DNA of 64,000 bases from contig JANJGN010000026.1 in assembly GCA_026770705.1 (NCBI GenBank), positions 31,124,001-31,188,000 of the forward strand. Reading direction: 5' to 3'. The notes under the pieces were generated by a model. It had not been told where the DNA came from, searched no databases, and was given only the letters and a program-made list of their open reading frames with translations. Shown here in pieces: positions 51,233 to 64,000 of the stretch (within the stretch, counting starts at the first letter, position 1; each line of letters begins with the position of its first letter). Source of the DNA: Isurus oxyrinchus. Taxonomy: Eukaryota. A program made the translations under genes and the position numbers.

Positions 51233-52399
51233 ATATATTCTTTTTTTTCCTTTTCCTTTTTATGAAGTATAGAAGCAAAATGTAAAGTGTTGGATTGAGC
51301 CAATAAGTCATAGACTTCTAGAGTGAACCCGTGCTCCCGGCTGGGAAGGACGTCATTCAGTTCCTCAGGATTGTACCAGCATTTTAAAAAATATATCGAA
51401 TTTATCTCATGCTGTCTCACCACCCCCCACCACCCATCCCGCAACCCCCTCCACCTCCCATCCCCCACCCACCCCACGAACATGCTGTTTCTCCATAGCC
51501 CAGCAATTTATGCCCATTGGGGATCATGCCTTCGTTGATAATGGATCAGACTCTGTCCAGTTGTCCCACTTAAATTGCTCTGGAGCATGGGGCACTGGGG
51601 CGGAAATGATGAATGTATCGAGGTAAGAAGGAATAACGTGACAACGGAAATAGTGTGGAACTTGCTGGAGAGCAGGAAGTGCTTCATTCTTTTCCAAGTG
51701 AGGGAAATAATAAATCGGGATTTTAAAACTGAGTAAATTTATGTCAGATATAGGTAGTATCACTTCCAAACTTATCACACTCTCAACGTTTATGTCAGGA
51801 GCTTCTATTTAATGTTGAGCGAAGCACTTAACACTGAACCGCAGAGACTGGTGGGTATATGCTCACCATCCTTGGAATAATTTAGTCCATTTTCCAACAG
51901 AGGTATTCCTTGGTAAGGGCATCCCTCAGCGTATTCTCAATCAATGTTAACGACATTAAACGAACAGCAAATACATTTTCAATAAAATAAAATCTGGAAC
52001 ATAATAGGTAACAATGGTTATTTATCTTTGTGGACTTCATTTGTCAGTAAATATGATGCGTTCGCTCACACACACACATTTCAGTTTAAGATCCCATCTT
52101 TCCTACCTCGGAGGCTCTGTAGCACCTGAAGAATCGGTGAAAATCACCGCCACCACAATTCAGGTGGTTCCATGTAGAAAAAAACTCTCCCCACTTCACA
52201 CTGGTTCAGTTGGTCATTAAAGCTCCTATCATTCCTACAATGTGCGCCTTGGTCCACATTCTTCGGTTGAAACAAGATCGTCAAGAATTAATCAATAGGA
52301 ATTGAGACACTTTGCTCTTCTCGTGACCTTAAAGTGCACAAATCAGCCACATTAATCTGCCACAGTTTCACCATAAGTATTGGAAGTTCGCACAGGAGG

Positions 52400-53695
52400 T
52401 AATGAGCCGATACATCAGTAGAAGTGGTTTCTTGATCCATTAAGCCAGCATGGATCTGTTAAGGGCAAATCATGTTTAACTATCTTGCTTGAGTTTTTTG
52501 ATGACATAGCAGCGATGGTTGATGAGGATAATGCTTTTGATGTGGTTTACATGGTCTCCGAAAGACATTTGATGAAATGCCGCACAACAGACTTGTGAGC
52601 AAAGTTGGAGCTCACTGGAATAAAATGGACGGTAACATCATGGATTGGGAACTGGCTGCGTGCCAGGAAACAAAGAGTAGTTTTGAACATGTGTTTTTCG
52701 GACTCGGGGAAGGGTTATAATGAAGTTCCCCAAGGGTCAGTGTTATAACGCCTAGTTTTCATCATATTTATTCATAAACTGGGCCTTGGTGTACAGTGCA
52801 CAATGTCAAAATATATGGACGATGTGAAATGTGGAAGCATTGTGGGCCATGAAGAGGATAGTTTAGAACTTCAAAAAGACATCGAGAGGTTGGGGGAAAG
52901 GGCGGACAAGTGACAGATGAAATTTTGGTGGGAAGAACGCAGACAGACAGTATAAAGGAAAGGGTGTGATTCCAAAGGGGTTGCAGGAGCCGAGTGACCT
53001 GGGTGTTAATGTGTATAAATCATTGAAGGTGGCAGGAAAAGTTGAAAGAGCGCGATTAATAAATCATGCAACATCCTGAGCTTTATTAACAGAGGAAAAG
53101 CGTATACAAGCAAAGAGGTCATGTTAAACGTGTGTGGCACACTGGTTAGGCCTCAACTGGAGAATTGCATCCAATTCCGGGCACTACATTTTTGGAAGAA
53201 TCTGAAGGCATGAGAAAGAGCACAGCAAAGGTTCATGGAAATTGTTTCAAGGGTGACGAACTCCGGTTATGTATAAAGAGTGGAGCAGTTGGCTTTAATC
53301 TCGTTTGAGGAGAAAAAGTTTAGCGGAGATTTGATACAGGTATTAAAAATCATGAAGGGCCGGGGCAGAGTAGATAGGGATTGTTCCCATTGGTGGAAGG
53401 ATTGAGAACCAGACGGCTCAGATTTAAAGTAATCTGGAGAAGAAGCAATAGAGACAAGAGGAAAAACATTTCACGCAGTGAGTGGTTAGTATCTGGAATG
53501 CATTGCCTGACAGTGTGGTGGATTGAGGGACAATTGATGCTTTCAAAACGAAACTGCATCCTTATCTGAAAAGAAAAAAGATGCTGGACTACAGGGAAAG
53601 CTGTGGCCCAAGGTCAATTACTCCTTCAGAGGGTTAGCACGGACAGGAGTGGCCGAATGGCATCCTCCTGCGCTGTAAGAATTCTATGATTCTAT
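52400..53695 (+). mobile_element. CR1 LINE RT/3' region, decayed
   Basis: aagggcaaatcatgtttaact (KGKSCLT), gttccccaagggtcagtg (VPQGSV), ttctatga tail. Confidence 0.88.
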
Positions 53696-53789
53696 CATTA
53701 ATGTCGGAAGCAGCAACGAAAATCGACATTTTCACAACATCTGCAATAGAAGAGTCCGTCCAATAGATGGCAGTGAAACAGTGAATACT

Positions 53790-55460
53790 GACATTATATG
53801 AAACATGCACTGTCTCAATCATTTCTGCACTGAACCCTTTCCTTGTTCATATTAAATTGGACCTTTGACTGTATAAATTACACTCAGTGATGTCTCTGAT
53901 CATATTACAGCAAGTTGTGTCTCAGTTGTTTCTATAATAGGTCAATCTCAGTCAATATACAGGACAAAGACCATGTTACTCTATACATTCTCTCAGTTAT
54001 CACTGCACTAAACCATGTCTTGGCTAATATGACAATAGTCCATGTCTCAGTTGTTACTGCACTGGTACTTGTCTCTACTTATATGAAACCAGAACATGTC
54101 CCTGTCTACATGACACGAGCGTCTGTCTCAGTTATTGCACTACTAGACTTTGCCATGTTTATATTAAACTAGGGGATGTCTTGGCGAACACTGCACCAGT
54201 CTATGTCTCTGCTTATAACACACGATGCTCTGTCATTGTTATTATTGTATAATACCGTCCCTCTTTCTTATTGCTGCACTTGCCCACATCTCTGTTTATA
54301 TTAATCCAGGTCCTATGTTGGTAGTTATTGCACTAGGCGCTGCCTCAGTTTATATTAGACAAGGTCCTATATCAGATGAAACTGCAACAGACCCCGTGTC
54401 AATTTCCTTTCACTAGATCCTGCCCCAGTCATTACTGAACTAGACCATGTCGGTGTTCATATTACACAAGACACTGTCTCAATTATTACTGCACTCGGCA
54501 CTGCCTCACATTTTACTCCACTACATCATGCCTCTGTTTATATTACACTAGATCACTTTTTTGCTCATATTCTGTTAGACCCTATCTCAGTTTATATAAC
54601 ACTCGACCCTGTCTCAGTTTATATTACATTAGACCCCGTCTCAGATAATATTATACTGGAGCCCGTATCGGTTTATATTACACCAGAGCACATCTGTGTT
54701 CACATTACAATAGACCCTCTCTCAGTTTATATTACACTATACCCTGTCTCGTTTAATATTACACTAGACATTTCCTCTGTTTATATTAAAATATTATTAC
54801 AACATTACAATGTTATTTCTGTGTAGGCCATGTCTCTGTTTATACTACACAAGGCCAAGTCTGTTATCACTGCACCAGATCCTGGCTCAATAATTGCTGA
54901 TACTAGGCCCAGTCTTCGTTTGTATTACCGTGGATGCTGTATCAATAATTGGTGCACTCGGCCCTGTCTCAGCATTACTGCACCAGATCCTGACTTTGAT
55001 TATACTGAAATAGAGTATGTCTATGATAATATTACACCAGTTCCTGCCTCAGTTATTTCAGTGCTCGGCCTCGCCTCAGCTGCTCCTGAATTCGGCCGTG
55101 GCTCTGGTTGTATTGCATGCGGAAATGTCTCAGTTATTACTGCTCTGGGCCCAGCGTCTGTATATACAACGCTAAACCCTGTCTTAGTAGCTGCTGCACT
55201 AATCCAAACATCTCTTTTTATTACACGTTCCCTGTCCCTGTTTCTATTCCACTAGATCATGTTTTTGTTTATCTTACACTATAGGCAATCTGAGTTATTA
55301 TTGCAACAGACCCTGTCTAGGGCATTATTAATCCATGTGCCGAATCAATCATTACTGTTCTAGCCCCGAGAGAGGATTAATATCAATTGACCCAGTGCTT
55401 AGTGCGCTAACCCTGCCTCGGTTATTTCTACGCTTGGCCATGTCTCTGTGATTCCTGCAA
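53790..55460 (+). repeat. 27-bp satellite array
   Basis: Best preserved at 54535-54790 (ttatattacactagaccctgtctcagt). Confidence 0.9.
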
Positions 55461-56639
55461 CTGTGAGTTGGAGAGATAATATTATACACAAAGATGTTGA
55501 GGTGGGAATTGTTCCCTGGCGTTGGCCTAAAACGGGCGGTATTGGATGGCCCGTTCTTTGCAGCACCTGATAGTTATTTTCATTTAGTTTTAGTCAAAGA
55601 AATGATGGTTCAGATATGGTCAGTTATGTGTGCCGTATAGAAAAAAATCATACTTCTTGCTTAGACCGCCGTTTCTCAAAGATAAATGATGATCTTTACC
55701 CGAATGTTTCAATACTTAATTTTCTTTTACTCAAACTGTCACTGCGGATTATTTAGTGCTGTAAATATTTATTGATAGCATGTTTCGTTGTTTGCTTTTG
55801 CTTAGAAAGTGATGTCATACTAACACTTCCGTCACTAAGACGAGCATGTTTATCACCAAACTCATTGAATGTCCTTTGTTTCTCTGTCCGAGGCAGCGTC
55901 TAACTCACTGAACCTCTTCTCTCTCTCTCTCTCGCTCAACCTTTCTTTCTCTCTCTCTCACGCTCTCTCGCCACCCACCATCTAACTCCCGCCCCCCACA
56001 CCCCCGCTCTCTCTCTCTCTCTCTCTGAGACAGTCCCTTATTCATTTTGAATCTCCTGATATCTAATAACACTCTTTGGAGAATTTTTTATCACAATTTC
56101 TCTTCATTTCTCCCAATGACAACTTTCAGCCGACTCCTGTCTTCAGTGATTGTGTTCAAATCCAAAACTATGCATTTAGTTAAATTGTAGATTGTTTAAT
56201 ACTGCAAGTATTTAGTGATAACCAGTCTGTTATGCGCATTAGTTTATAAAGTGATGTCAGACTGACGATTTCGTTTCTAAGGTGCTTTATCTATCTCCGG
56301 TGATCAGTTGGAAAGCGGAGTAAATCACATCCAGAAGAACCAGCAGTTTATTAACAAATGATCACCTCAATATCTCTCAGAAGCTCTTGATAATCTCGAA
56401 TGTGTGATGATTTGTGCAAGTGATGGCAAAAAACAAACTTTACCTACAACTGACATGAGACTAATACACCTGTAATTCTCCGGTTTATTTTTCCTGTTGA
56501 TGGGAAGGAGTGAAACTCCTGCTGCTCTCCAGAGACTTTCAGAATTTCTGTTTCCACTTTTTTTAACTGCTTTCTTCACAAATTCCACCACAACCACTCG
56601 AATCATGTTTGGACAGATTAGTTCAACTGCAGGTTGCAT

Positions 56640-57730
56640 ATTCAATGTAATCTTAACGAAAATAAACCAGGGCCTAGTCGAGTATAAAAAGAGACCGAAC
56701 TTGATGTAACATAAGCAGAGATATGGGTTACTGCATTAATAACAGAGGCAGTATCTGGTTTAACATAAAAGGAGATATCGACTAATGAATTAATAACAGA
56801 GACAAGACCTGGTGTTATATAACCAAGGATATGGGCTCGTGCAGTAATATCAGACACCGGACCTGGTGTAACATAAGCAGAGATATGGACTACTGCATTA
56901 ATAACAGAGACAGTATCTGGTTTAATATAAAAGGAGATATCGGCTAATGAAGTAATAAAAGAGACAAAGCCTGGTGTTGTATAACCAAGGATATGGGCCC
57001 GTGCAGTAATATCAGAGACAGGACCTGGTGTAATATAAACATAGGTATCGGTTAGTGTAAGTAATAACAGGCACAATACCTAGTGTAGTACAGGCAGAGG
57101 CATGTGCTAGTGCGGTGATAACACAAATTGACCCAAGGAGTCAAATAAACAGAGAAATTGGCTAGTTCAGGAATAAGAGAGAGGGAGGACTTGGTATAAC
57201 ACCAAATGAACCGATATTTGTGTGATCATAATAACAAAAATACTTCGTATAAAATAACAACTGTAAGAGGTCATGGCGAAACACTAGCAGAAACAGGGTC
57301 AACGTTAACAATATCAGAATCAGGTTACTATTGAAAACTGATTTCAGAAATAATGAGAGAGGTTTGCATAAGAATTGAATGACATGTAAGCTCTTCGGGC
57401 AACCATTACAGACACAGCGTTCTATACAATGAGATTGGATATAGAGAACAGATTAAAAGCGGTAAAGCTGTGTAATTAGTGCAATGTTTGATGATAACAG
57501 AGGACAACAGTGAATTACTGAATACATCACTGGATCCAGTGTGATAATGATACAGTCAGCACCTGATCCACCCAAATCGAAGTTGGGTCTGATATAATAG
57601 TTTGTATGAGACAGCGCCAGTTGATACAATAGCAAATCTTTTGCCTAATGCCTAATAACAGAGTCAAGCACGACTGAAATATGATGGGATGGAGTTGGTG
57701 CAATAACACTGACACAGTCTAGTGTAATAG
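56640..57730 (-). repeat. 27-bp satellite array, inverted, with 162-bp higher-order duplication
   Basis: aacataagcagagatatgg recurs at 56708 and 56870 (162 = 6x27). Confidence 0.85.
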
Positions 57731-60700
57731 CAAATGCCACATAACACTCTGGAATCACTCTGCAGGTCAGACAGAATCTGTGGCGGTAAGCAGAGTGAAC
57801 GTTTCATGGCGATGATCCTTCAGCAGAACCGGAGTCATCGATTGGAAACTTTAACTCTGCTTCTCTCCACAGCCACTGCACTCCCAAGTGGTACAGTTGG
57901 CGGTCCTCCTGCTTTTGAGCTGTAAGATCTATGTTCAGATTCCACGCCCAGCTCCGTTGACCACGGGAAAAGTGTTGATGTGACAGAACGCCGGTTTGCA
58001 ATCAGCCTCCAAAATCCTCCCGCCCCTCCACCCTTTCCCCAAGGCTGCAAAGTATATGACGATCTGGAAAACAAACAGGCTCGACACCTGCTGTCTGACC
58101 TGTTGAGGATTTCCAGCACATTCGGTTTTTATATTAGATTTCTAGCATCTGCCATATGTCGCCGTTGTACTAATGCAATGGGAACTGACATTATGTCAGA
58201 ATTGACGAATTAGCATCACTTTTACCCATGGGTCAAACGGTTGTGGGTTGAAGCCTCAATCCAGAGAGTTGACCACTGAATAACGGCCAGTGCTCACAGT
58301 GATAGTTTATATGTCAGCCTTTCAGTTCTTTTATCCATTATTTCCTTACACTCAGGGGGAGGAATTAAAGACAGAGAAACTCTGGACAGTTCCTCTATCC
58401 AGCAAAGGACGGGTTCCTGGGACATTGTTGCTGCTTTGACCTTCGCGCCCTCTCCAAAAAAAAAACAACCTCTGACTCCTTGCATTTGCAAAGGGAGTTC
58501 TGACTGCCGGGCCCGGGCCAGACTGAGTCCTGGTCCAATAATAATCACAGAGGCCGGCCCCAGTGTGTCAGTTCCAAAGGCTGCTGGTAATCTAACATAA
58601 AGAGAGGCAGGGGATCTCATGCACATCTGACTGAATTAGGGTGTGAAAGTGTGAGGAAGCAATGATGTTTAGGGCATTAGCGCAGGCTTCTGTGTTATGA
58701 TGAGTGACCCAGGGATTTGTGCGGTAAAAACGGAGCGGAAACATCATGACAGAGGCCCGGGTGACTGACTCCACCTGACTAAAAGATGTTCTACCCAAGG
58801 GGAGGACCATCATGGCGGACTCCAGAGATTTCTGATATCTGAAGTATCAATGCTGCATCTGTCAGAGGAACAGAAAATAATCTGTTCCCTCTCATTCTTA
58901 CCAACAGTTCTCCATTTACACAGACACGCAAGGGCCAAACACGCCAATGTTTAAATCTTCAGCGTGAGGCACATGATGACTGAAAGGATTAAACACCAAA
59001 ACCTCACCAGAGGAAGAATCAGAGCCTAAAATGTTAAATATAATCGTGTTTTCTACTAAACAAGCACTACTCAGTGTTATTATTTTGTTCAAAGAAGTGG
59101 TTTGTAAATAGTAGTGAACTTCTGAATGATTCTTGGCAATTATCGACTCACACGCACTCAAGCGCTGTCAAAAGACAGGGTTAGCAGAAGACGAAAGCTG
59201 TAAAATTACTGCGTTTTATTTGGGCTCAATGAGGGACCGAGGTAGATACAGGAAAGGTGCTGGGACAGTGATATAGATGACCATTTCAATTGGCCCCATT
59301 CCCTGTAATCCTTCAATTGTTAACGCCTTTAATTATTTATAGAATTCATTTTACAAAGTTACTATTAGTCTGGTGCCATCACCCTGTCACGCTGTGCATT
59401 CCAGTTCAGAACAACTCGCCGTGTTAAAAAAATAAACAATTATCCTCCTGTCTTCCTGTTCAACAAAGTAAATTTGCGTCCCCTGGTTACCGACCCTCCT
59501 GCCAATTGAACTAGTCTCTCTTCATTCACACTAACAAACCTTTCATGGTTTTGAACGCTTCTATTTAATCGACACACAGGGAGGTGGAGAGAGATACACA
59601 GAGAAAGAGACAGAAATAAAACTAAGGGAAGGAAACTTAAAATGAAAAAGGGAGACGGAATGTTGCAGAGATACAGAGGAAACAAGTTTCCAGGGAAAGT
59701 GCATGTGAAGGGAGTGTGTGTGCATGGCGGGTGGGGGAGAGGGGGGTTGGTGGGGTGTGGAGGGGGAATTAGAGTGGGGGCGGGTGGTGGAGCATAACAA
59801 CGGAAAATGAAAGCTTTTAAGATCTCATTTCCCCGCTTCAGGGACTCGAGGGAGCTCAATGACTGACCATCCAGTGATGTCCTGGAAATGGAAGCTCTAA
59901 ATGGATCACACGGTCTCATTTGTAAATGTCACTGCAATGTGATCTGTGTGATTCTGCCCTGACTCTGTGGCCAGAAATAAGCCGCCTTGACAGATGTTCT
60001 CACCAGATTGTGGCCCTGGATTTATTTTCTGCTCAGAAGTGAGATGTGCGGTTAGGAACCGGCAGCAGAGAAACAGGAAGTTGTGTTACCTGAGAATGAA
60101 ACAGCAGGTGTCAGTTTTATGTTATCACCGTGAACAGTCTTCCTGCCTGTGAGGGTGAACTCACTCTGACAGCATCAAGAACAACCACACAGATTGTTGC
60201 CAGTCTCAGCATAACATTCAACTCTATTCCAAATTTAAAGAATTAAATAAATGAGGTTATTTTGGTTATAACTTATTAACTGAAGACGAGATTGACTGAA
60301 TGTTATCACTGGGAGAAAAGGGGAAATTAAAACAATAATACCGCTCACAGGGGGTTATTCTAAAATGGAAAGTTTTAAGAGGGTTTGGTGCTGCCTCAGA
60401 GAAAGAGATGAGAGAAGTTAAGTGAGTGAGCTGGTGTCTTTATGGCACTGAATTTTCCTCTGATGAGATTTTGGTGCTAAATTTTTTCAGTGATAATGTG
60501 CCTTAAGCAAAAGATTTAAACATTGCTTCCTTGAAGCTGCCAGATCCGGCCCTTGTGATTCTGTGTAAGTGAGTAAAGTGAAGTCTGAGAGAGAGAAGAG
60601 AGGTTAACTGATTTAGGTGTAGTCTGAGACAGAGGAAGAGAGGGAAGAGGTTCAGTGAGTCATTTTAAAGATGTATTTTCCTTGACAATGGAATGGCCAG

Positions 60701-60926
60701 CTTGACATTACTTTCCAGAGCACTCAAGACAATGCATTACCGATAAATATTAACGGCAGCATAGGCAGCATATTCTCAATAAACTATCGTAACGTGTTGA
60801 AAAATAATTACAATGTCTTTTGAAAGCAATGAAGCATGATATGTTCTAGACGTACCCGCACCACACATATAGCTGCACACATTCATACACAAAGCCACAC
60901 ACACGCACAGGCACAAGCACACACTC

Positions 60927-61151
60927 NNNNNNNNNNNNNNNNNNNNNNNNNNNNNNNNNNNNNNNNNNNNNNNNNNNNNNNNNNNNNNNNNNNNNNNNNN
61001 NNNNNNNNNNNNNNNNNNNNNNNNNNNNNNNNNNNNNNNNNNNNNNNNNNNNNNNNNNNNNNNNNNNNNNNNNNNNNNNNNNNNNNNNNNNNNNNNNNNN
61101 NNNNNNNNNNNNNNNNNNNNNNNNNNNNNNNNNNNNNNNNNNNNNNNNNNN
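60927..61151. other. Assembly gap (N run)
   Basis: N characters following a CA-rich repeat. Confidence 1.
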
Positions 61152-61759
61152 GTTATTAGGAGACTGCAGCCACCCATTTGCCTGAGGATGCGGCTTCAGA
61201 CCCTGTCTGTCGCAATCAGTGACCACGCCAAAAGCAAACAGAAATTCCTGTTGAAAGAGGGAAAAATATCTGGATATTAAAGAAACCTGTGAGCAATTGT
61301 CATAGATAAAGTCAAGTATGAATGAGTCATCTCCAACACAATGCAGTTTGTGACTAAGTTGTGCAGTGTGCAGTGCAATGTGGTTCACCTTTATTTCTAT
61401 TCCTCAATCTCATTGATGAAGGGAATGTTACAAGATTCACCCCAAACTTTCAACACAAACATTACACACATCACACTAGAGCAATTAGAAATTGCACACA
61501 ACGTCTAATAGTTATTAACAAGACTAAATGTATTCTTCCAACACATTTTTACCTACAGGATATTATAACATTTTAAAAATTAATACCCACCTGTCCACCT
61601 GGCTCTCTCTCCAGCTCTATCCAGTTAGTAGAGACCTTTTATCATGCAGTAATAACTGAGACTATGTCTAGTGTATTAATAAATGGGATAGGGCCTTTCT
61701 AATATAAGGTGAGACATAGAAGAGTACAGTGATGAATGAAGCAGCCTAAAAGGTAATAT

Positions 61760-62915
61760 CACAGAATCATAGAATCACAGAACTTTAACGGTACAGAAGG
61801 AGGCCATTCGGCCCAACTTGTCTGCATCGGCTCTCCAAATGGGCATTCTGACCTAGTGCCATTTCCCTGGCTTTTCCCCGCACCCTAGCACTTTGTTTCT
61901 ATTCAAATAATCATTTAATGCCCTCTTGAATGCCTCAGTTGAACCTGCTTCCCTCACACTTCCAGGCAGTGTATTCCAGGCTGAACCACTCGTTGTGTGA
62001 AAAAGTAAGTTCTGACGTCACATTTGCTTCTTTTGCAAATCACTTTAAACCTGTGCCCTCTCATTCTTTATCCCTTTACAAATGGGAACAGTTTCTTCCT
62101 CTCTACTCTATCCAGCCCACTCATGATGTTGAAAACTTCAATCAAATCTCCTCTCAGCCTTCTCCTCCATGGAACACAATCCCAACTTCTCCAATCTCCC
62201 CTCATAACTGAAGTTTCTCATCCCTGGGAACATTCTTCTAAACCACTTCAGCAGTCTCTCCAATATATTCACATCCTTCCTATAATATGGTACAAAGAAT
62301 GGTACACAATATTCCAGCTGAGGTGTAATGAGGGCTTTATATAAATGCAGCATGACCTCCCTGCTCTTGTACTCTATGCCCCTATTAATAGAGCGCAGGA
62401 TACTATATGCTTTATTAACTGCTCTCTCCACCTGTCCTGCCACTTTCAAAGATCTATGCATATCTACACCCAAGTCTTTCTGCTCCTGCACTCCTTTCAA
62501 AACTCCACCCCTTATTTATTTTGCCTGTCCATGTTCCTCTTACCAAAATGCATCACCTCACACTTCTCCACATTGAATTTCATCTGCCACCTATCTGCCC
62601 ACTTCACCAACTTGTCTGTGTTCTCTTGAAGTCCCACACCATTCCCCTGGCAGTTTGCAACACTCCCAAGCTTCGTATCATCCGCAAACTTTCAAATTGT
62701 CTCCTGCACACCAATGCCTAGATGGTTAATATATATCAGGAAAAGCAAGGGTCCCAATACCGACCCCTGGGGAACTGCACTACAAACATTCCTCCAGCCC
62801 GAAAAATATTAATTGACCATTACGCCCTGCTTCCTTTTTTTCAGCTAATTTGGTATCCACATTGCTTCTGTCCCTTTTATTCCATGAGCAATAACTTTTC
62901 CCACAATTTGGTTGT
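61760..62915 (-). mobile_element. CR1 LINE 3' portion
   Basis: QEQKDLGVDMHRSLKVAGQV..LYKALITPQLEYCVPF. Confidence 0.92.
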
Positions 62916-63199
62916 CAGATAAATCCTAATATAATACAAACGGAAGCTTTGTGCAATGCAACAGAAGCTCAGGAATTGTCACTTGCAGTATATATAGAGG
63001 CATGGCTATGTGCATTAATAAATGAAGCATCATATAATATAGTAGAGATAGAGACATAGTCTAGTGCAGTAATAACTGAGAAAAGGTCAATTGTAGTGTA
63101 TATAGAAACATTGTCCAGTGCATTAATAAGTTAAACTGCAGATAGCATTATATACACAGATACAATGCTGAGAGAAAGATAAAAGGAGAAATGGTAAAT

Positions 63200-63860
63200 A
63201 ATTGGGAAAACTAATAGAATGTTATAATTTATTGCAAGAGGAATTAAATACAAATGTATGGAAGTTATGCTTCAGCTATACGGGGCACCCGTGAGATCAT
63301 GTTTCATGTATTGTCTACTGTATTGGTCACCTTATTTAAGGAAGGATGTAAATGTGTTGTAAGAGGTTCAGAGAACGTTTATTAGACTAACACTTGGAAT
63401 GGGTGGGTTGCCTAATGAGGAATGGTTGGACAGACTAGGCTTATGTCTTCTGGAGTTTAGAAGAGTAAGAGGTGACGACTGAAATATATAAGATCCTGAG
63501 TAGTCTTGACAGGGTGGATGTGGAGAGGATGTTTCCTCTTGTGGGAGAATCTAGAACTAGGGGTCACTGTTTAAAAATAAGAGGTCGCCCATGTAAAACA
63601 GAGATGAGGCGAATATTTTCACTCTCAGGGTTGTGAGTCTTTGGGACTCGCTCCCTAAAAAGGCAGTGGAAGCAGAGCCTTGAGGCAGAGGTGGATAGAT
63701 TCTTGCTAAGCAAGGGGGTGATAAGTTATCGGGGGTCGGCAGGATGCAGATTTCATGTTACTATCCGTTCAGCCATGATATTATTAAATGGTGGAGCAAG
63801 CTCGAGGGGCTGAATGGCCTACTCATGCTCATTGTTCGTATGCTCGTGTGATCGTATGGT
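63200..63860 (+). mobile_element. CR1 LINE 3' portion
   Basis: tggtcaccttatttaaggaaggat.. and gaatggcctactc tail. Confidence 0.88.
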
Positions 63861-64000
63861 CCGGTACAGTCATCAGTGAGACAAGTTCAGCAGGTCAAGG
63901 GCAGTGATAACTGAAGCATGGTTCAGTGTAAAACAACGAAACACAATTTGCAGTGAAATATAAATTAAAACATGGTTGTGCTACAGTGCGAACTGGATAA

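Noticed and set aside
56642-57076. 144-aa repetitive ORF (and similar ORFs at 53915-55255 and 20166-20363)
   Set aside because: Translation of the 27-bp satellite, not a gene.
58425-58470. J-like peptide FFFGEGAKVKA on the minus strand
   Set aside because: Phe codons come from a poly-T run; no RSS upstream and no splice donor after it.
61152-61265. Strong minus-strand acceptor (ccctctttcaacag) and open frame running into the gap
   Set aside because: No recognisable protein motif and the rest is hidden by Ns; unresolved.
7345-64000. Ig or TCR constant-region exons
   Set aside because: No C1-set pattern recognised in the ORF track or by reading; a tBLASTn search is needed to exclude them fully.

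Overview
Repeat-rich genomic DNA from a cartilaginous fish (shark-type), from the V region of an antigen-receptor locus, most consistent with TCRalpha/delta. Minus strand, in transcriptional order: a decayed TCR V (46534-45488); an intact, rearrangeable NAR-TCR-type cluster (leader 41061-41019, V 40869-40587 with 22-bp RSS, 12/12 D at 40198-40182, 23-RSS J at 39799-39747); a probable decayed supporting V (~37310-37020); a second NAR-TCR-type V already joined as V-D-J in the genome (35071-34727), with open frame and good splice sites but a destroyed TATA box, leader and leader donor; and a leaderless supporting TCRdelta V with a CDR1 Cys (30856-30551), followed by six tandem 23-type RSSs. All these exons are splice phase 1. 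This suggests a possible three-V-domain chain: rearranged NAR-V, fixed NAR-V, Vdelta, then C. Plus strand: an intact IgH-like L-V-D-J(WGQG) mini-cluster (6001-7338) with altered light-chain-interface residues and no recognisable C exon in the window. The rest is further V pseudogenes, CTCF-like motifs, a GPR139/142-like GPCR pseudogene, CR1/L2 LINEs, SINEs, Penelope-like elements, two related LTRs, a 27-bp satellite and an assembly gap (60927-61151). Family assignments are from motif recognition only; no database searches were run.
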